This document shows positions 1 through 8,775 of a DNA stretch of 64,000 nt, piece after piece. How positions within the stretch are numbered: the stretch's first letter is position 1; each line of letters opens with the position of its first letter. The DNA comes from an uncultured Prevotellaceae bacterium (lineage in GTDB: Bacteria; Bacteroidota; Bacteroidia; Bacteroidales; Bacteroidaceae): assembly GCA_900317635.1 (NCBI GenBank), contig ONHN01000012.1, positions 199 through 64,198 of the forward strand, in the 5' to 3' direction. A program made the position numbers and the translations under genes. A model generated the notes under the pieces. The model was not told where the DNA came from, ran no database searches, and worked only from the letters and a program-made list of their open reading frames with translations.

Positions 1-1
1 G

Positions 2-472
2 AAAATACCGAGTTTTCAGATAGACCACATGCGCTTGCAGCGTGGCATCTACGTTTCGCGCAAAGACGTGGTGGGGAATGACGTTGTCACGACCTTCGAT
101 ATCCGCATGAAGCAGCCCAACCGCGAGCCAGCCCTGCACCCTGGTGCCATCCACACCCTTGAACACCTGGCCGCTACCTACCTGCGCAACGATGCGGAAT
201 GGGCCGACCGCATCGTGTATTGGGGTCCGATGGGGTGCTTGACGGGCAACTACCTGCTCATGCGCGGCGACCTGACCCCCGAAGATATCCTCCCCTTGAT
301 GCGCCGCACGTTCCAATTCGTGGCCGAGTTTGAAGGTGAGGTTCCTGGGGCTGCCCCTGCCGATTGTGGCAACTACCTGCTCCACGACCTACCCATGGCT
401 CGATATGAGTCGCGGAAGTTTCTTGACGAAGTGCTCACGGCGGATTGCCCTACGGCCTACCCTGCCGTTTAG
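2..472 (+). CDS. luxS: S-ribosylhomocysteine lyase LuxS (5' end just outside the window)
   Basis: Frame is open from position 2 (KIPSFQIDH...). HTLEH metal motif, GPMGCLTG catalytic Cys motif and CGNY motif are present. Confidence 0.95.
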   Translation, partial: KIPSFQIDHMRLQRGIYVSRKDVVGNDVVTTFDIRMKQPNREPALHPGAIHTLEHLAATYLRNDAEWADRIVYWGPMGCLTGNYLLMRGDLTPEDILPLMRRTFQFVAEFEGEVPGAAPADCGNYLLHDLPMARYESRKFLDEVLTADCPTAYPAV

Positions 473-1451
473 CCCTCTTCCACGCTTCTGTTCTTACGCG
501 GAAGTTTCGCTGCAAACACTCGCTATAGAGCCAGGGCTCGCAGCTATGTATGTCGCCAACGTTGATAAAGTTGCGATAAGGTTTGTAGTCAGAACCGCTG
601 TAGCCGCTCACCACCAGAACATGGTGCTCGGGCGAAAGCACAACGCTGATCGTGTCGTGCAACGTGGCGGGCGTAGCGTCCGTTCGCCAATTCACGGGAT
701 TGATACCAAAACAAGTGGCGGCAATGACGGGCTTGATGTACTTCACGTCCTTCACCGTGTTGTAGCACACGGTCACCCCCGTGTCGCTCTCACCCTGTGC
801 GGGTCGTATGCGACGGCACGCGGCGGTATCCTCGACTGTCACCTTATAGCCCAGCACGTAGGCCGCAACCAACTGACAGTACGTCTCGTCGCTCATGTGT
901 TTCAGCAGTTCCACAACGGCTTTACCGCCTTGGCTGAAACCTGCAATGATAAGCGGGCGCGTGGCATCGCGCTTGCTCAGGAAGTAGTCGAAAGCCGCAC
1001 AAACATCGCCCATCGAAAGCCGTGTACGCTGGGAGATGGTGTCTTCGTTTTGCGTGACCCACGTGTCGATAGCGGTGTGTCGATAAAATGGAGCATAAAA
1101 CTTATTACCCGGTGCCATATACGTAGCAGCACGATTGATTTCAATGCCCATGTGCGCGCGGTGAAGGGGGTTCCAAACGTCGGCATAATGACACGTCGAA
1201 CCATCGGGAGCGATCCAATCCTCCTCCCATGTCGAAACAACATAGAAGATGTCGGCACCTGAGCCATCAGGGTCGGCATCTTTCGTTATCCACATCGTGG
1301 TGTCGGCATACGCTGGCGCGGCAGGAATATACGTTGTGGATGCGTGCAAGACAATGCTTGCATCGCCCTGCCCCCAACATACGGGGCATGAAATCAAAAC
1401 AAATAGAGCGGGAAGCAAAACTAACTTCCTGCATTGGAACCACGTCTTCAT
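450..1451 (-). CDS. DUF3089-like alpha/beta hydrolase, probably exported
   Basis: Signal-peptide-like N-terminus from ATG 1451; DIFYVVST, FYAPFYR, nucleophile elbow AGFSQGG, INPVNW. Overlaps the luxS 3' end convergently by 23 bp. Confidence 0.75.
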   Translation of the reverse strand: MKTWFQCRKLVLLPALFVLISCPVCWGQGDASIVLHASTTYIPAAPAYADTTMWITKDADPDGSGADIFYVVSTWEEDWIAPDGSTCHYADVWNPLHRAHMGIEINRAATYMAPGNKFYAPFYRHTAIDTWVTQNEDTISQRTRLSMGDVCAAFDYFLSKRDATRPLIIAGFSQGGKAVVELLKHMSDETYCQLVAAYVLGYKVTVEDTAACRRIRPAQGESDTGVTVCYNTVKDVKYIKPVIAATCFGINPVNWRTDATPATLHDTISVVLSPEHHVLVVSGYSGSDYKPYRNFINVGDIHSCEPWLYSECLQRNFRVRTEAWKRAKRQGRP

Positions 1452-1500
1452 GGCGTACGAATTTCTATGAGGTGCAGGCATCTCGCCTGCGAACAAGAAT

Positions 1501-1641
1501 AGTGACGAGTGGATATTTTGAGTGACGAGTGACAAGTTACAAGTGACGAGTGGGGCTACGCCGACGAACTAGCGCGGCTGCAACTCGTCACTTGTCTCTC
1601 GTAACTCGTCACTTGTAACTTGTCACTTGTAACTTGTCACT
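1501..1641. repeat. Family A intergenic element (GTGACRA heptamer arms around a conserved core), copy 1
   Basis: Left arm of GTGACGA/GTGACAA/GTTACAA tandem units, core GGCTACGCCGACGAACTAGCGCGGCTGCAACT (1554-1585), right arm of complementary TCGTCAC/TTGTAAC units. Confidence 0.85.
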
Positions 1642-1650
1642 CAGTTAAAC

Positions 1651-2940
1651 CTATTTAGCCTCTTCTACCCACGCATCTTTAATGCCTGCCTCCCCTTTCA
1701 GGCGCGCAAGCATTGCGTCGGCTGATGCCTTATCGGGGAAGTCGCCATAAACCACACGCAGATACGTATCTTCTTGCAATCGGGCATCGGGAAAACCTTT
1801 CTCCTGCAATTGCTTGATGAAGTTCTCGCCTAATTCCTGAGTAACACCCGTGGCAAGGTTGATGTAGAAATGACCTGCGGGCGTGGCGGCTGGTGTTGCT
1901 CCAGTTTCGGCAGCAGGCGAAGCGGCGGGAGTTTCCGCTTCTATTTGCTGCTCCTGCTTGGGTTGCGTTTGCTGAGCGGTCGCGGTTTGTTGCTGGCCCT
2001 CGGTTGCTGACTTTTGAGAAGGTATATAATAGATGAGTGCCAGCAAAACAATAGCGGCAGCACATACAACGGCCAACATCGCTTTCTTTCCCCATCCCTT
2101 CGACTTCGCAGGTTCTTCCGCAACGTCATTCGTCGCTTGCATGTTTTTGGGTGCGGAGGGTGCAGGCACGTCAGCTACAGGCGCAGGCTTAGGTGCTGCG
2201 GGCGGTGCGGGGGATGCAGACGCGTCTGCTACAGGAGCAGGCTTAGGTGCTGCAGGCACGGCAGGCGGTGCAGGAACTTCCTCGGTGACTACTGGCGTTT
2301 CAACCATGGGCGGTGCAGGCGGTGCAGGAACTTCCTCGGTGACTACTGGCGTTTCAACCACGGGCGGTGCAGGCGGTGCAGGAACTTCCTCGATGACTAC
2401 TGGCGTTTCAGCCACGGGCGGTGCAAGCGGTGCAGGAACTTCCTCGGTAGCGGCTGGCGTTTCAACCACGGGCGGTGCAGGAATTTCCTCGGCGACTACT
2501 GGCGTTTCAACCACGGGCGGTGCAAGCGGTGCAGGAACTTCCTCGGCGACTACATGCGCAGGCTTAGCAGCAACAACTTGCTCTTTATCTACAGCTTCGA
2601 GCTCGGCCAAAGGCGTGCCAGCATGCAGTTGCACGGTTTCAAAATCGCGGAAAGGACGATTGACGAGTTCGGCAATTTGCTTTTCTGGGGTGAAGGTCAC
2701 CTTCGTGTAGCTTTCTATCTGAATGCGCTTGCCCGTATTCACGCTGACGCTCTCGCGCGCACTGACCACAATGAGTTTGAACGTTCCAAGGCCTTTCACC
2801 TTAACAACTTGGTCGCGCAGCAGTCCTTCCTCTATCACGTCGAACATAGCACGAGCCACCATTTCGGCTTTACGCTTTGAAACGCCTCTGTCGGCAGCCA
2901 GCGCATTGGATATGTCGGTGAGTAGTAATCGGCTATTCAT
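1651..2940 (-). CDS. HU/IHF-domain protein with Pro/Glu-rich linker, one TM helix and C-terminal SPOR-like domain
   Basis: N-terminal HU fold (VKVKGLGTFKL...TGKRI...KVTFTP), PEVA-rich repeats, hydrophobic helix AMLAVVCAAAIVLLALIYYI, SPOR-like end (FYINLATG...LRVVYGDF...DAWV). Confidence 0.85.
   Translation of the reverse strand: MNSRLLLTDISNALAADRGVSKRKAEMVARAMFDVIEEGLLRDQVVKVKGLGTFKLIVVSARESVSVNTGKRIQIESYTKVTFTPEKQIAELVNRPFRDFETVQLHAGTPLAELEAVDKEQVVAAKPAHVVAEEVPAPLAPPVVETPVVAEEIPAPPVVETPAATEEVPAPLAPPVAETPVVIEEVPAPPAPPVVETPVVTEEVPAPPAPPMVETPVVTEEVPAPPAVPAAPKPAPVADASASPAPPAAPKPAPVADVPAPSAPKNMQATNDVAEEPAKSKGWGKKAMLAVVCAAAIVLLALIYYIPSQKSATEGQQQTATAQQTQPKQEQQIEAETPAASPAAETGATPAATPAGHFYINLATGVTQELGENFIKQLQEKGFPDARLQEDTYLRVVYGDFPDKASADAMLARLKGEAGIKDAWVEEAK
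2260..2553. repeat. Coding tandem repeat, 54-bp unit (EEVPAPPAPPVVETPVVT), about 5.5 copies, one shortened to 45 bp
   Basis: CTCGGTGACTACTGGCGTTTCAACCA recurs at 2281 and 2335, with further variants downstream. Confidence 0.9.
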
Positions 2941-2942
2941 AG

Positions 2943-3233
2943 TTATTCTGTTACGGTGGATTGATTAGCTTTATCTTTCAGCGTTTCGGCAGGTTTAAAC
3001 ACCAGCGCCAATTTGGGCGGAACAAGGAAACGCTCGCCCGTATCGGGGCGCACACTGATGCGCTCCATGCGCTTACGCACTTCGAAAACGCCAAAGCCTT
3101 GCGCATTGACAGTGTCGGCTTCTTCCATCGTTTCTACCATCACGCTACCAAAGCGTTCGGTCAGCGGAGAAAGTTCCTTCTGCGTCATGCCCGTTCGAGC
3201 ACTAAGGGCTTGCAGAAATTCTTTGTTGTTCAT
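2943..3233 (-). CDS. HU family DNA-binding protein
   Basis: MNNKEFLQAL...GFGVFEVRKR...PDTGERFLVPPKLALVFKP; 96 aa. Confidence 0.92.
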   Translation of the reverse strand: MNNKEFLQALSARTGMTQKELSPLTERFGSVMVETMEEADTVNAQGFGVFEVRKRMERISVRPDTGERFLVPPKLALVFKPAETLKDKANQSTVTE

Positions 3234-3292
3234 ATATTATATATGTATGTTTGTTGTTACGAAGGTGCAGCTTAAACTTGATTTTTCAGTTA

Positions 3293-3376
3293 ACGAGTGA
3301 CACGTGACAAGTGACGAGTCGCCATCGCGCTTGTTCATTGGAGATGCCTCACTTGTAACTGGCCACTCATCAACTC
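3293..3376. repeat. Family A element, copy 2 (core inverted relative to copy 1)
   Basis: GTGACAC/GTGACAA/GTGACGA arm. Reverse complement of 3317-3348 matches the copy 1 core at 22 of 32 positions. Confidence 0.7.
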
Positions 3377-3428
3377 CCTTCATCATAACGTTTACACTTT
3401 AAGCACTTATACTTGAAACTATTGTACC

Positions 3429-4718
3429 CTACAGCTTTCCGTAGAGGTCGAACTCATCGGCAGCGGTGATAGGCACGTCGTAGAACTGACCTATTTGCAA
3501 GGGCGCGTTGCTCGTAATGAGCACTTCGCCATCCACGTCGGGCGAGTCGACCTCGGTGCGACCGATGAAGTAGTCGCCTTCTTTGCGGTCGATGATGCAA
3601 CGCTGTGTGCTACCCACCTTCTCCGCACAGAGTTCGGCAGAAATGCGTTCTTGCACGGCCATCAGTTCGCTTAACCTACGCTGCTTCACCTCCTCGGGTA
3701 CGTCGTCCTTGTAGTGAAGGGCGGCAAAGGTGCCATCTTCTTCGCTATAGGCAAAAGCACCGAGGCGTTCAAAACGCATTTCGCGAACGAAATCGAGCAG
3801 CTCTTCAAAGTCGGCCTCTGTTTCACCAGGGAAGCCCACCATCATCGTTGTGCGCAGGCTGATACCTGGCACTTCGCGCCGAATCGTTTGCAACAACGTG
3901 CGTGTTTCTTCGGCGGTGATGTGGCGGTGCATACGCTCAAGCACGGGGTTGGCAATGTGTTGCAGAGCGATGTCAAGGTACTTACAAACGTTCTCATGCT
4001 CCCGCATAACGGCAAGGAGCTCCATCGGGAAATGGTCGGGATAGGCATAATGCAGGCGCAACCAAGCCACGCCCTCTATCTGCGCCAACCGCTCTGTTAG
4101 TTCGGCAATGCGCGAAGCACCATAAATGTCGGTGCCATAGAACGTTAGTTCCTGTTCTATAATCTGAAAATCGCACACGCCTTGCGCTACAAGCTCCCTC
4201 ACTTCGGCCTCAATCTCTTCCATCGGCCTACTGCGGTGTGGCCCCGTAATGAGAGGAATGGCACAATAGGCACAACGGCGGTCGCACCCTTCAGCTATCT
4301 TGACGTAGGCATAGTGGGCGGGATGTTCGCCGTTTTGAGCAGTACCTATCCCCGTTCCTACGCGCGGCAATTCATCGGCCAAAGCCGCCCAATCGAACTT
4401 GCCATACCAACGGTCAACTTCGGGTATTTCGTGCTGCAACTCTTTCAGGTATCGCTGCGAAAGACAGCCCATAACGCTCAACTCGCGGATGCGCCCTGCC
4501 GTCCTGGCTTCGCACAACTCAAGAATGGTATTGATGCTCTCTTCTTTGGCATCGCCTATGAAGCCGCACGTGTTCACAACCACACGATTGCCCTCGCCCA
4601 CTTGTTCGGGATTGAGGCGCACATCGTAGCCGCGCGCTCGAAACATCGTTCCGAGGCGTTGCGAGTCAACAAAATTCTTGGAGCACCCAAGGGTGATGAT
4701 GTCGATGGTGTTGCCCAT
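3429..4718 (-). CDS. rimO: Ribosomal protein S12 methylthiotransferase RimO
   Basis: ITLGCSKNFVDS, VNTCGFI, radical SAM motif CDRRCAYC, C-terminal TRAM domain. Confidence 0.95.
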   Translation of the reverse strand: MGNTIDIITLGCSKNFVDSQRLGTMFRARGYDVRLNPEQVGEGNRVVVNTCGFIGDAKEESINTILELCEARTAGRIRELSVMGCLSQRYLKELQHEIPEVDRWYGKFDWAALADELPRVGTGIGTAQNGEHPAHYAYVKIAEGCDRRCAYCAIPLITGPHRSRPMEEIEAEVRELVAQGVCDFQIIEQELTFYGTDIYGASRIAELTERLAQIEGVAWLRLHYAYPDHFPMELLAVMREHENVCKYLDIALQHIANPVLERMHRHITAEETRTLLQTIRREVPGISLRTTMMVGFPGETEADFEELLDFVREMRFERLGAFAYSEEDGTFAALHYKDDVPEEVKQRRLSELMAVQERISAELCAEKVGSTQRCIIDRKEGDYFIGRTEVDSPDVDGEVLITSNAPLQIGQFYDVPITAADEFDLYGKL

Positions 4719-4730
4719 ATATTGCGTACG

Positions 4731-5687
4731 CTACTGTTGATCGAAGAGGCTTTCAACGAAGGCTTCCTTGTCGAAAGGTTGCAGGTCGGTCATCTTCTCG
4801 CCCAACCCGATATACTTCACAGGCACGCCGAGCTGATGACTGATGCCCAACACCACGCCGCCTTTGGCCGTGCCGTCAAGTTTCGTAATGGCCAGGGCGT
4901 TGATGTCGGTGGTTTCGGCAAACTGCTTAGCCTGCTCGAAAGCGTTCTGCCCCGTTGACCCATCAAGCACGAGCAACACCTCGTGGGGTGCATCGGGAAC
5001 CACTTTCTTCATTACTTTCTTAATCTTGGCTAACTCATTCATTAGCCCTACCTTATTATGAAGGCGGCCTGCTGTATCTATCAGCACCACGTCGGCCCCG
5101 GCGGCCACAGCACTTTGCAGTGTGTCGTAAGCCACGCTGGCGGGGTCGCTACCCATTTGTTGCTTCACCACGGGCACGTCGGCACGCTCGCCCCAAATGC
5201 AGAGTTGCTCCACGGCGGCAGCGCGGAACGTGTCGGCAGCACCAAGGTAAACCTTCAGGCCTGCTTGCTTAAACTGCCAAGCCAGTTTACCGATGGTTGT
5301 GGTCTTGCCCACACCGTTCACGCCAACAACCATTATCACGTAGGGCTTCACGCCCTCGGGCAATTCGTAGCCTGCCCCCGTGTTACCGCTTTCGGAAAGC
5401 ATGGCACCTACTTCTTCGCGCAAAATGCGGTTGAGCTCGGCCGTACCCACATACTTGTCGCGGGCAACGCGCTCTTCTATGCGGCGAATGATTTCAACGG
5501 TTGTTTCAACGCCTACGTCGCTCGTTACGAGGGCCTCTTCGAGGTTATCGAGCACTTCGTCGTCCACTTTCGACTTGCCGGCAACGGCGCGCGTCAGTTT
5601 CTCGAAGACGCTGGTCTTCGTCTTTTGCAAGCCTTCGTCAAGCGTTTGCTTTTTCTCTTTTTTCGAGAACAGATTGAAAAATCCCAT
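4731..5687 (-). CDS. ftsY: Signal recognition particle receptor FtsY
   Basis: GVNGVGKTTT, DTFRAAA, DTAGR, TKLDGTAKGG motifs; start MGFFNLF. Confidence 0.96.
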   Translation of the reverse strand: MGFFNLFSKKEKKQTLDEGLQKTKTSVFEKLTRAVAGKSKVDDEVLDNLEEALVTSDVGVETTVEIIRRIEERVARDKYVGTAELNRILREEVGAMLSESGNTGAGYELPEGVKPYVIMVVGVNGVGKTTTIGKLAWQFKQAGLKVYLGAADTFRAAAVEQLCIWGERADVPVVKQQMGSDPASVAYDTLQSAVAAGADVVLIDTAGRLHNKVGLMNELAKIKKVMKKVVPDAPHEVLLVLDGSTGQNAFEQAKQFAETTDINALAITKLDGTAKGGVVLGISHQLGVPVKYIGLGEKMTDLQPFDKEAFVESLFDQQ

Positions 5688-5808
5688 AGTCTTTGTTGTT
5701 TTCAGGCAAAAATACAACTTTCTGTGCGAAGCCGAAAACCTTCACGCAATTTTTAAGCCCTTAAGCATTTTAGCTGCAAGTATTTTCGCCGTTACGACAT
5801 TCTTTTGC

Positions 5809-5816
5809 TATCTTTG
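5809..5816 (+). promoter_or_regulatory. Bacteroidota -7 promoter element TATCTTTG upstream of aguB
   Basis: Matches TAnnTTTG. The same motif precedes other genes at 7422, 10341, 11585, 15498, 26573, 33007, 39236, 43081 (+) and 25133, 26466, 31965, 39113, 47602 (-). Confidence 0.75.
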
Positions 5817-5841
5817 CAAATCAAATCCCACCGACCAACAC

Positions 5842-6717
5842 ATGAAAATAAGTATCATACAGCAAGCGTGCACCGCTGACGTGCAAGCTAACAGAGAAAA
5901 CCTTGCGGCGGCTATTACCGAGGCGGCCGAGAAAGGGGCGCAACTCGTTGTGCTGCAAGAACTGCACGATACGCCCTACTTCTGCCAAACCGAAGACGTT
6001 GACAACTTCAACCTGGCCGAACCTATTCCTGGCGTAGCCACGGCGTTCTACGCCCACGTTGCCAAGGTGTGCAACGTCGTCCTCGTAGCCTCGCTCTTTG
6101 AGAAGCGCGCTGCCGGACTCTACCACAACACGGCGGTGGTCTTCGAGAAAGACGGAACCATAGCGGGCAAGTATCGCAAGATGCACATCCCCGACGACCC
6201 TGCCTACTACGAAAAGTTCTACTTCACCCCTGGCGACATCGGTTTCCGCCCTATCCAGACCAGCGTGGGCCGACTGGGTGTGCAGGTTTGTTGGGACCAG
6301 TGGTATCCCGAAGGCGCGCGACTGATGGCCCTGGCGGGTGCTGAAATCCTCATCTACCCTACCGCTATTGGTTACGCCAGTGCCGACACGCCCGACGAGC
6401 AAGCGCGTCAGCGCCAAGCGTGGACTCTCGTACAGCGCGGCCATGCCGTGGCCAATGGGTTGCCCGTTGTGGCTGTCAACCGCACGGGCTTCGAGCCTGA
6501 CCCCAGCGGCCAGACGGACGGCATCCGTTTTTGGGGCGGTAGCTTCGTTTGCGGACCGCAAGGCGAGCTACTCTATCAAGCACCAGAAACCGAAAGCTGC
6601 GTTGCCGTTGTTGACGTTGACCTGCAACGCAGTGAACAAGTGCGCCGTTGGTGGCCCTTCCTGCGCGACCGACGCATTGAGGCCTACACCGACTTGCAGC
6701 AACGCTTTATAGACTAA
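5842..6717 (+). CDS. aguB: N-carbamoylputrescine amidase (carbon-nitrogen hydrolase)
   Basis: LQELH, YRKMHIPDDPAYYEKFYFTPGD, VCWDQWYPE (Glu-Lys-Cys triad). Likely start MKISIIQQ lies after the promoter box. Confidence 0.85.
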   Translation: MKISIIQQACTADVQANRENLAAAITEAAEKGAQLVVLQELHDTPYFCQTEDVDNFNLAEPIPGVATAFYAHVAKVCNVVLVASLFEKRAAGLYHNTAVVFEKDGTIAGKYRKMHIPDDPAYYEKFYFTPGDIGFRPIQTSVGRLGVQVCWDQWYPEGARLMALAGAEILIYPTAIGYASADTPDEQARQRQAWTLVQRGHAVANGLPVVAVNRTGFEPDPSGQTDGIRFWGGSFVCGPQGELLYQAPETESCVAVVDVDLQRSEQVRRWWPFLRDRRIEAYTDLQQRFID

Positions 6718-6858
6718 TCGTGCCTTTCCAACGCAAGATTCTTTGCTCTTGCGGAAAGGTGAAGCCGCAAAGCTGTGAAGGTTCTAAAGAAGCGAAGGTG
6801 CAACTTTATGCGCTTTATGCTTTTTCAAGTTTCAAATGTACAGATACGCGTGGGATAA

Positions 6859-7136
6859 ATGGTGCGCGAAGCGTACCATACCTTGCGTAACCGCGTACCG
6901 CAACGAGCGAAGCGAGGAGTGGTGCGCGGCAAAGTAACGGCGATATGGCCAGTGCGCGAAGCGTACTGCACGTCACAAAAACTTCTTGGCGCCTAAACTT
7001 ATTAGCAATACCTATTATTAATGTGCGGTACGCTCTGCGCACCGACTTTATCCGCCCCTCACCTACCGCGCATTCCTCTTCGCTTCGCTCATCGGAATAC
7101 GCGGTTACGCATGGTGTGGTGCGCGCTGCGCACCAT
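6859..7136. repeat. REPIN-like long inverted repeat (~113-bp arms, ~51-bp spacer)
   Basis: 6859-6971 is the imperfect reverse complement of 7023-7136 (shared ATGGTGCGC...TGCGTAACCGCGTA...GAGCGAAGCGA...GTGCGC..AGCGTAC). Confidence 0.85.
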
Positions 7137-7163
7137 CGCAGCTGGAACTCTTTAAGCTTAAAA

Positions 7164-7334
7164 TATTCAACTTTCGGAAGCTATCGCTTCCTCAGGAGTT
7201 AAAGGAGTTAGAAGGTGTTATCGCAACCTATGGTTGCTGAGGAGTTAAAGACGATGGTCATATTCGCAAATACTATAGGGCTTAAAAGTATCGTCTTTAA
7301 CTCCCTTAACTCCTCTAACTTCCTTAACTCCTCC
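7164..7334. repeat. Family B intergenic element (GGAGTTAA/TTAACTCC arms), copy 1
   Basis: Near-identical to 21501-21650; contains a perfect 15-bp inverted repeat (7241-7255 / 7290-7304). Confidence 0.9.
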
Positions 7335-7479
7335 AATATCAGAAACATGAATTAAAATGCTTTTTGTTGACTCCTACGCAAGAAAAATGCTCCGAAAGTT
7401 TGGTTTGTTATCTGAAATACCTATATTTGCAACGTCAAACAAACAATACATTTAATAATAACCCTAAACTTTATTTGTT

Positions 7480-7971
7480 ATGGCACAAGTTGCTCCTATG
7501 ATGTCTTTCGGCGATGCCGTGAAGACGTGTTTCAAAAAGTACGCAAGTTTCAAAGGCCGCGCCCGCAGGTCGGAATTCTGGTGGTTCTATCTTGCTATCT
7601 ACGTTGTCAACTCCGTCCTCGGCAGCATTCTTTTCTATTTCGGTTCGGCCAAACAAGCCCTTCAGGAAGAAGCACTCAACAACATCGGTTTCGACAAATT
7701 AGACCAGCTGCAAGCCCTGGCTGACAAAGAGGCGACGTATGCCCACATCAACCTCGTGCTGATGATCCTTATAGCTGTCTGGTCTTTAGTAACGCTAATT
7801 CCCATACTTGCTGCTTGGTGCCGCCGTCTGCACGACGTGGGCAAGAGCGGCCACTACCTCTGGCTCGGATTGCTTTGCGGTGTGGGTGGCCTCATCCCGC
7901 TCATCATGGCCATTGGCGACAGCCAGCCTCATCCCAACGCTTACGGCCCTTCGCCTAAGTACGTAGAATAA
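7480..7971 (+). CDS. DUF805 family membrane protein
   Basis: FKKYASFKGRARRSEFWWF, RRLHDVGKSG and NAYGPSP motifs. Confidence 0.9.
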   Translation: MAQVAPMMSFGDAVKTCFKKYASFKGRARRSEFWWFYLAIYVVNSVLGSILFYFGSAKQALQEEALNNIGFDKLDQLQALADKEATYAHINLVLMILIAVWSLVTLIPILAAWCRRLHDVGKSGHYLWLGLLCGVGGLIPLIMAIGDSQPHPNAYGPSPKYVE

Positions 7972-7989
7972 CGCTGCATAACAGCACAA

Positions 7990-8046
7990 AACACGGCGGA
8001 CATCAAGTGCTGAGTTCCGGGCTCAGTAGCTGATGTCCGCCGTGTT
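7990..8046. terminator. Hairpin between convergent genes (probable terminator)
   Basis: AACACGGCGGACATCA ... TGATGTCCGCCGTGTT, 16-bp stem. Confidence 0.7.
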
Positions 8047-8071
8047 GTCACTTGGAAATGAGGCGCAAGTG

Positions 8072-8728
8072 TTACCCTTGTTGCATCTGTCGCAGCAGGT
8101 CGCGCTGGCGGTCGCTCAGGTGTTCGGGCAAACGAACGTTGTAGGTCAGAATAATATCACCTGTCGTGCCGTCGGAACCGTGGTAACCCTTACCTCTCAG
8201 TCGAACCTTCGTTCCAGGTTGCGTGCCAGGTTTCACCTTGAGGCGTATCTTGGCCGAGGGCGTTTCTACGTACACGTCGCCACCTAAAAGTGCGGTGTAC
8301 ATGTCGATGGTCAAATCGGCATGCATCGTCTGCGGACGTGCTGGCCGCGAGGCGCGTCGTTCGCCGCCGCCAAAGAGGTCTTGGAAGAACGAGCTGAAAC
8401 CTCCGCCACCCGTAAACTGCGAGAAGTCGAAACCTTCAAAGCCGTCGCCGCCGCCAGGACTGAAGCCAAAGCCGCCCCCGCCCTGCCGCTGCATTTCGGC
8501 GGCTTCGCGCCAGTGCTCGCCATATTGGTCGTACTGCGCACGCTTCTCGGGGTCGGAAATAACTTCGTAGGCCTCGGTCAGGGCCTGAAACTTCGCCTTG
8601 GCTTTCGGGTCGTCGGGGTGCAGGTCTGGGTGGAACTGCTTGGCTCGGCGCCGATAGGCTGCACGCACGTCCTTCTGAGGCGTGTCGCGCGAAATACCGA
8701 GAATTTTGTAGTAATCTATGAAAGCCAT
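8072..8728 (-). CDS. Short DnaJ-class (CbpA-like) co-chaperone
   Basis: J-domain with HPD motif, G/F-rich region, one C-terminal subdomain; 218 aa. Confidence 0.88.
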   Translation of the reverse strand: MAFIDYYKILGISRDTPQKDVRAAYRRRAKQFHPDLHPDDPKAKAKFQALTEAYEVISDPEKRAQYDQYGEHWREAAEMQRQGGGGFGFSPGGGDGFEGFDFSQFTGGGGFSSFFQDLFGGGERRASRPARPQTMHADLTIDMYTALLGGDVYVETPSAKIRLKVKPGTQPGTKVRLRGKGYHGSDGTTGDIILTYNVRLPEHLSDRQRDLLRQMQQG

Positions 8729-8775
8729 TGTATGTTGTGTTTTGTTATTACTCTACACCATCATACATTGCAAAA

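Noticed and set aside
1501-3376. HU gene pair flanked by oppositely oriented family A elements as an invertible or composite mobile unit
   Set aside because: The rimO-HU-HU order is the usual Bacteroidales arrangement, the cores match at only 22 of 32 positions, and no recombinase is present.
5842-6717. aguB without an adjacent agmatine deiminase
   Set aside because: The partner may be elsewhere in the genome; this cannot be judged from one window.
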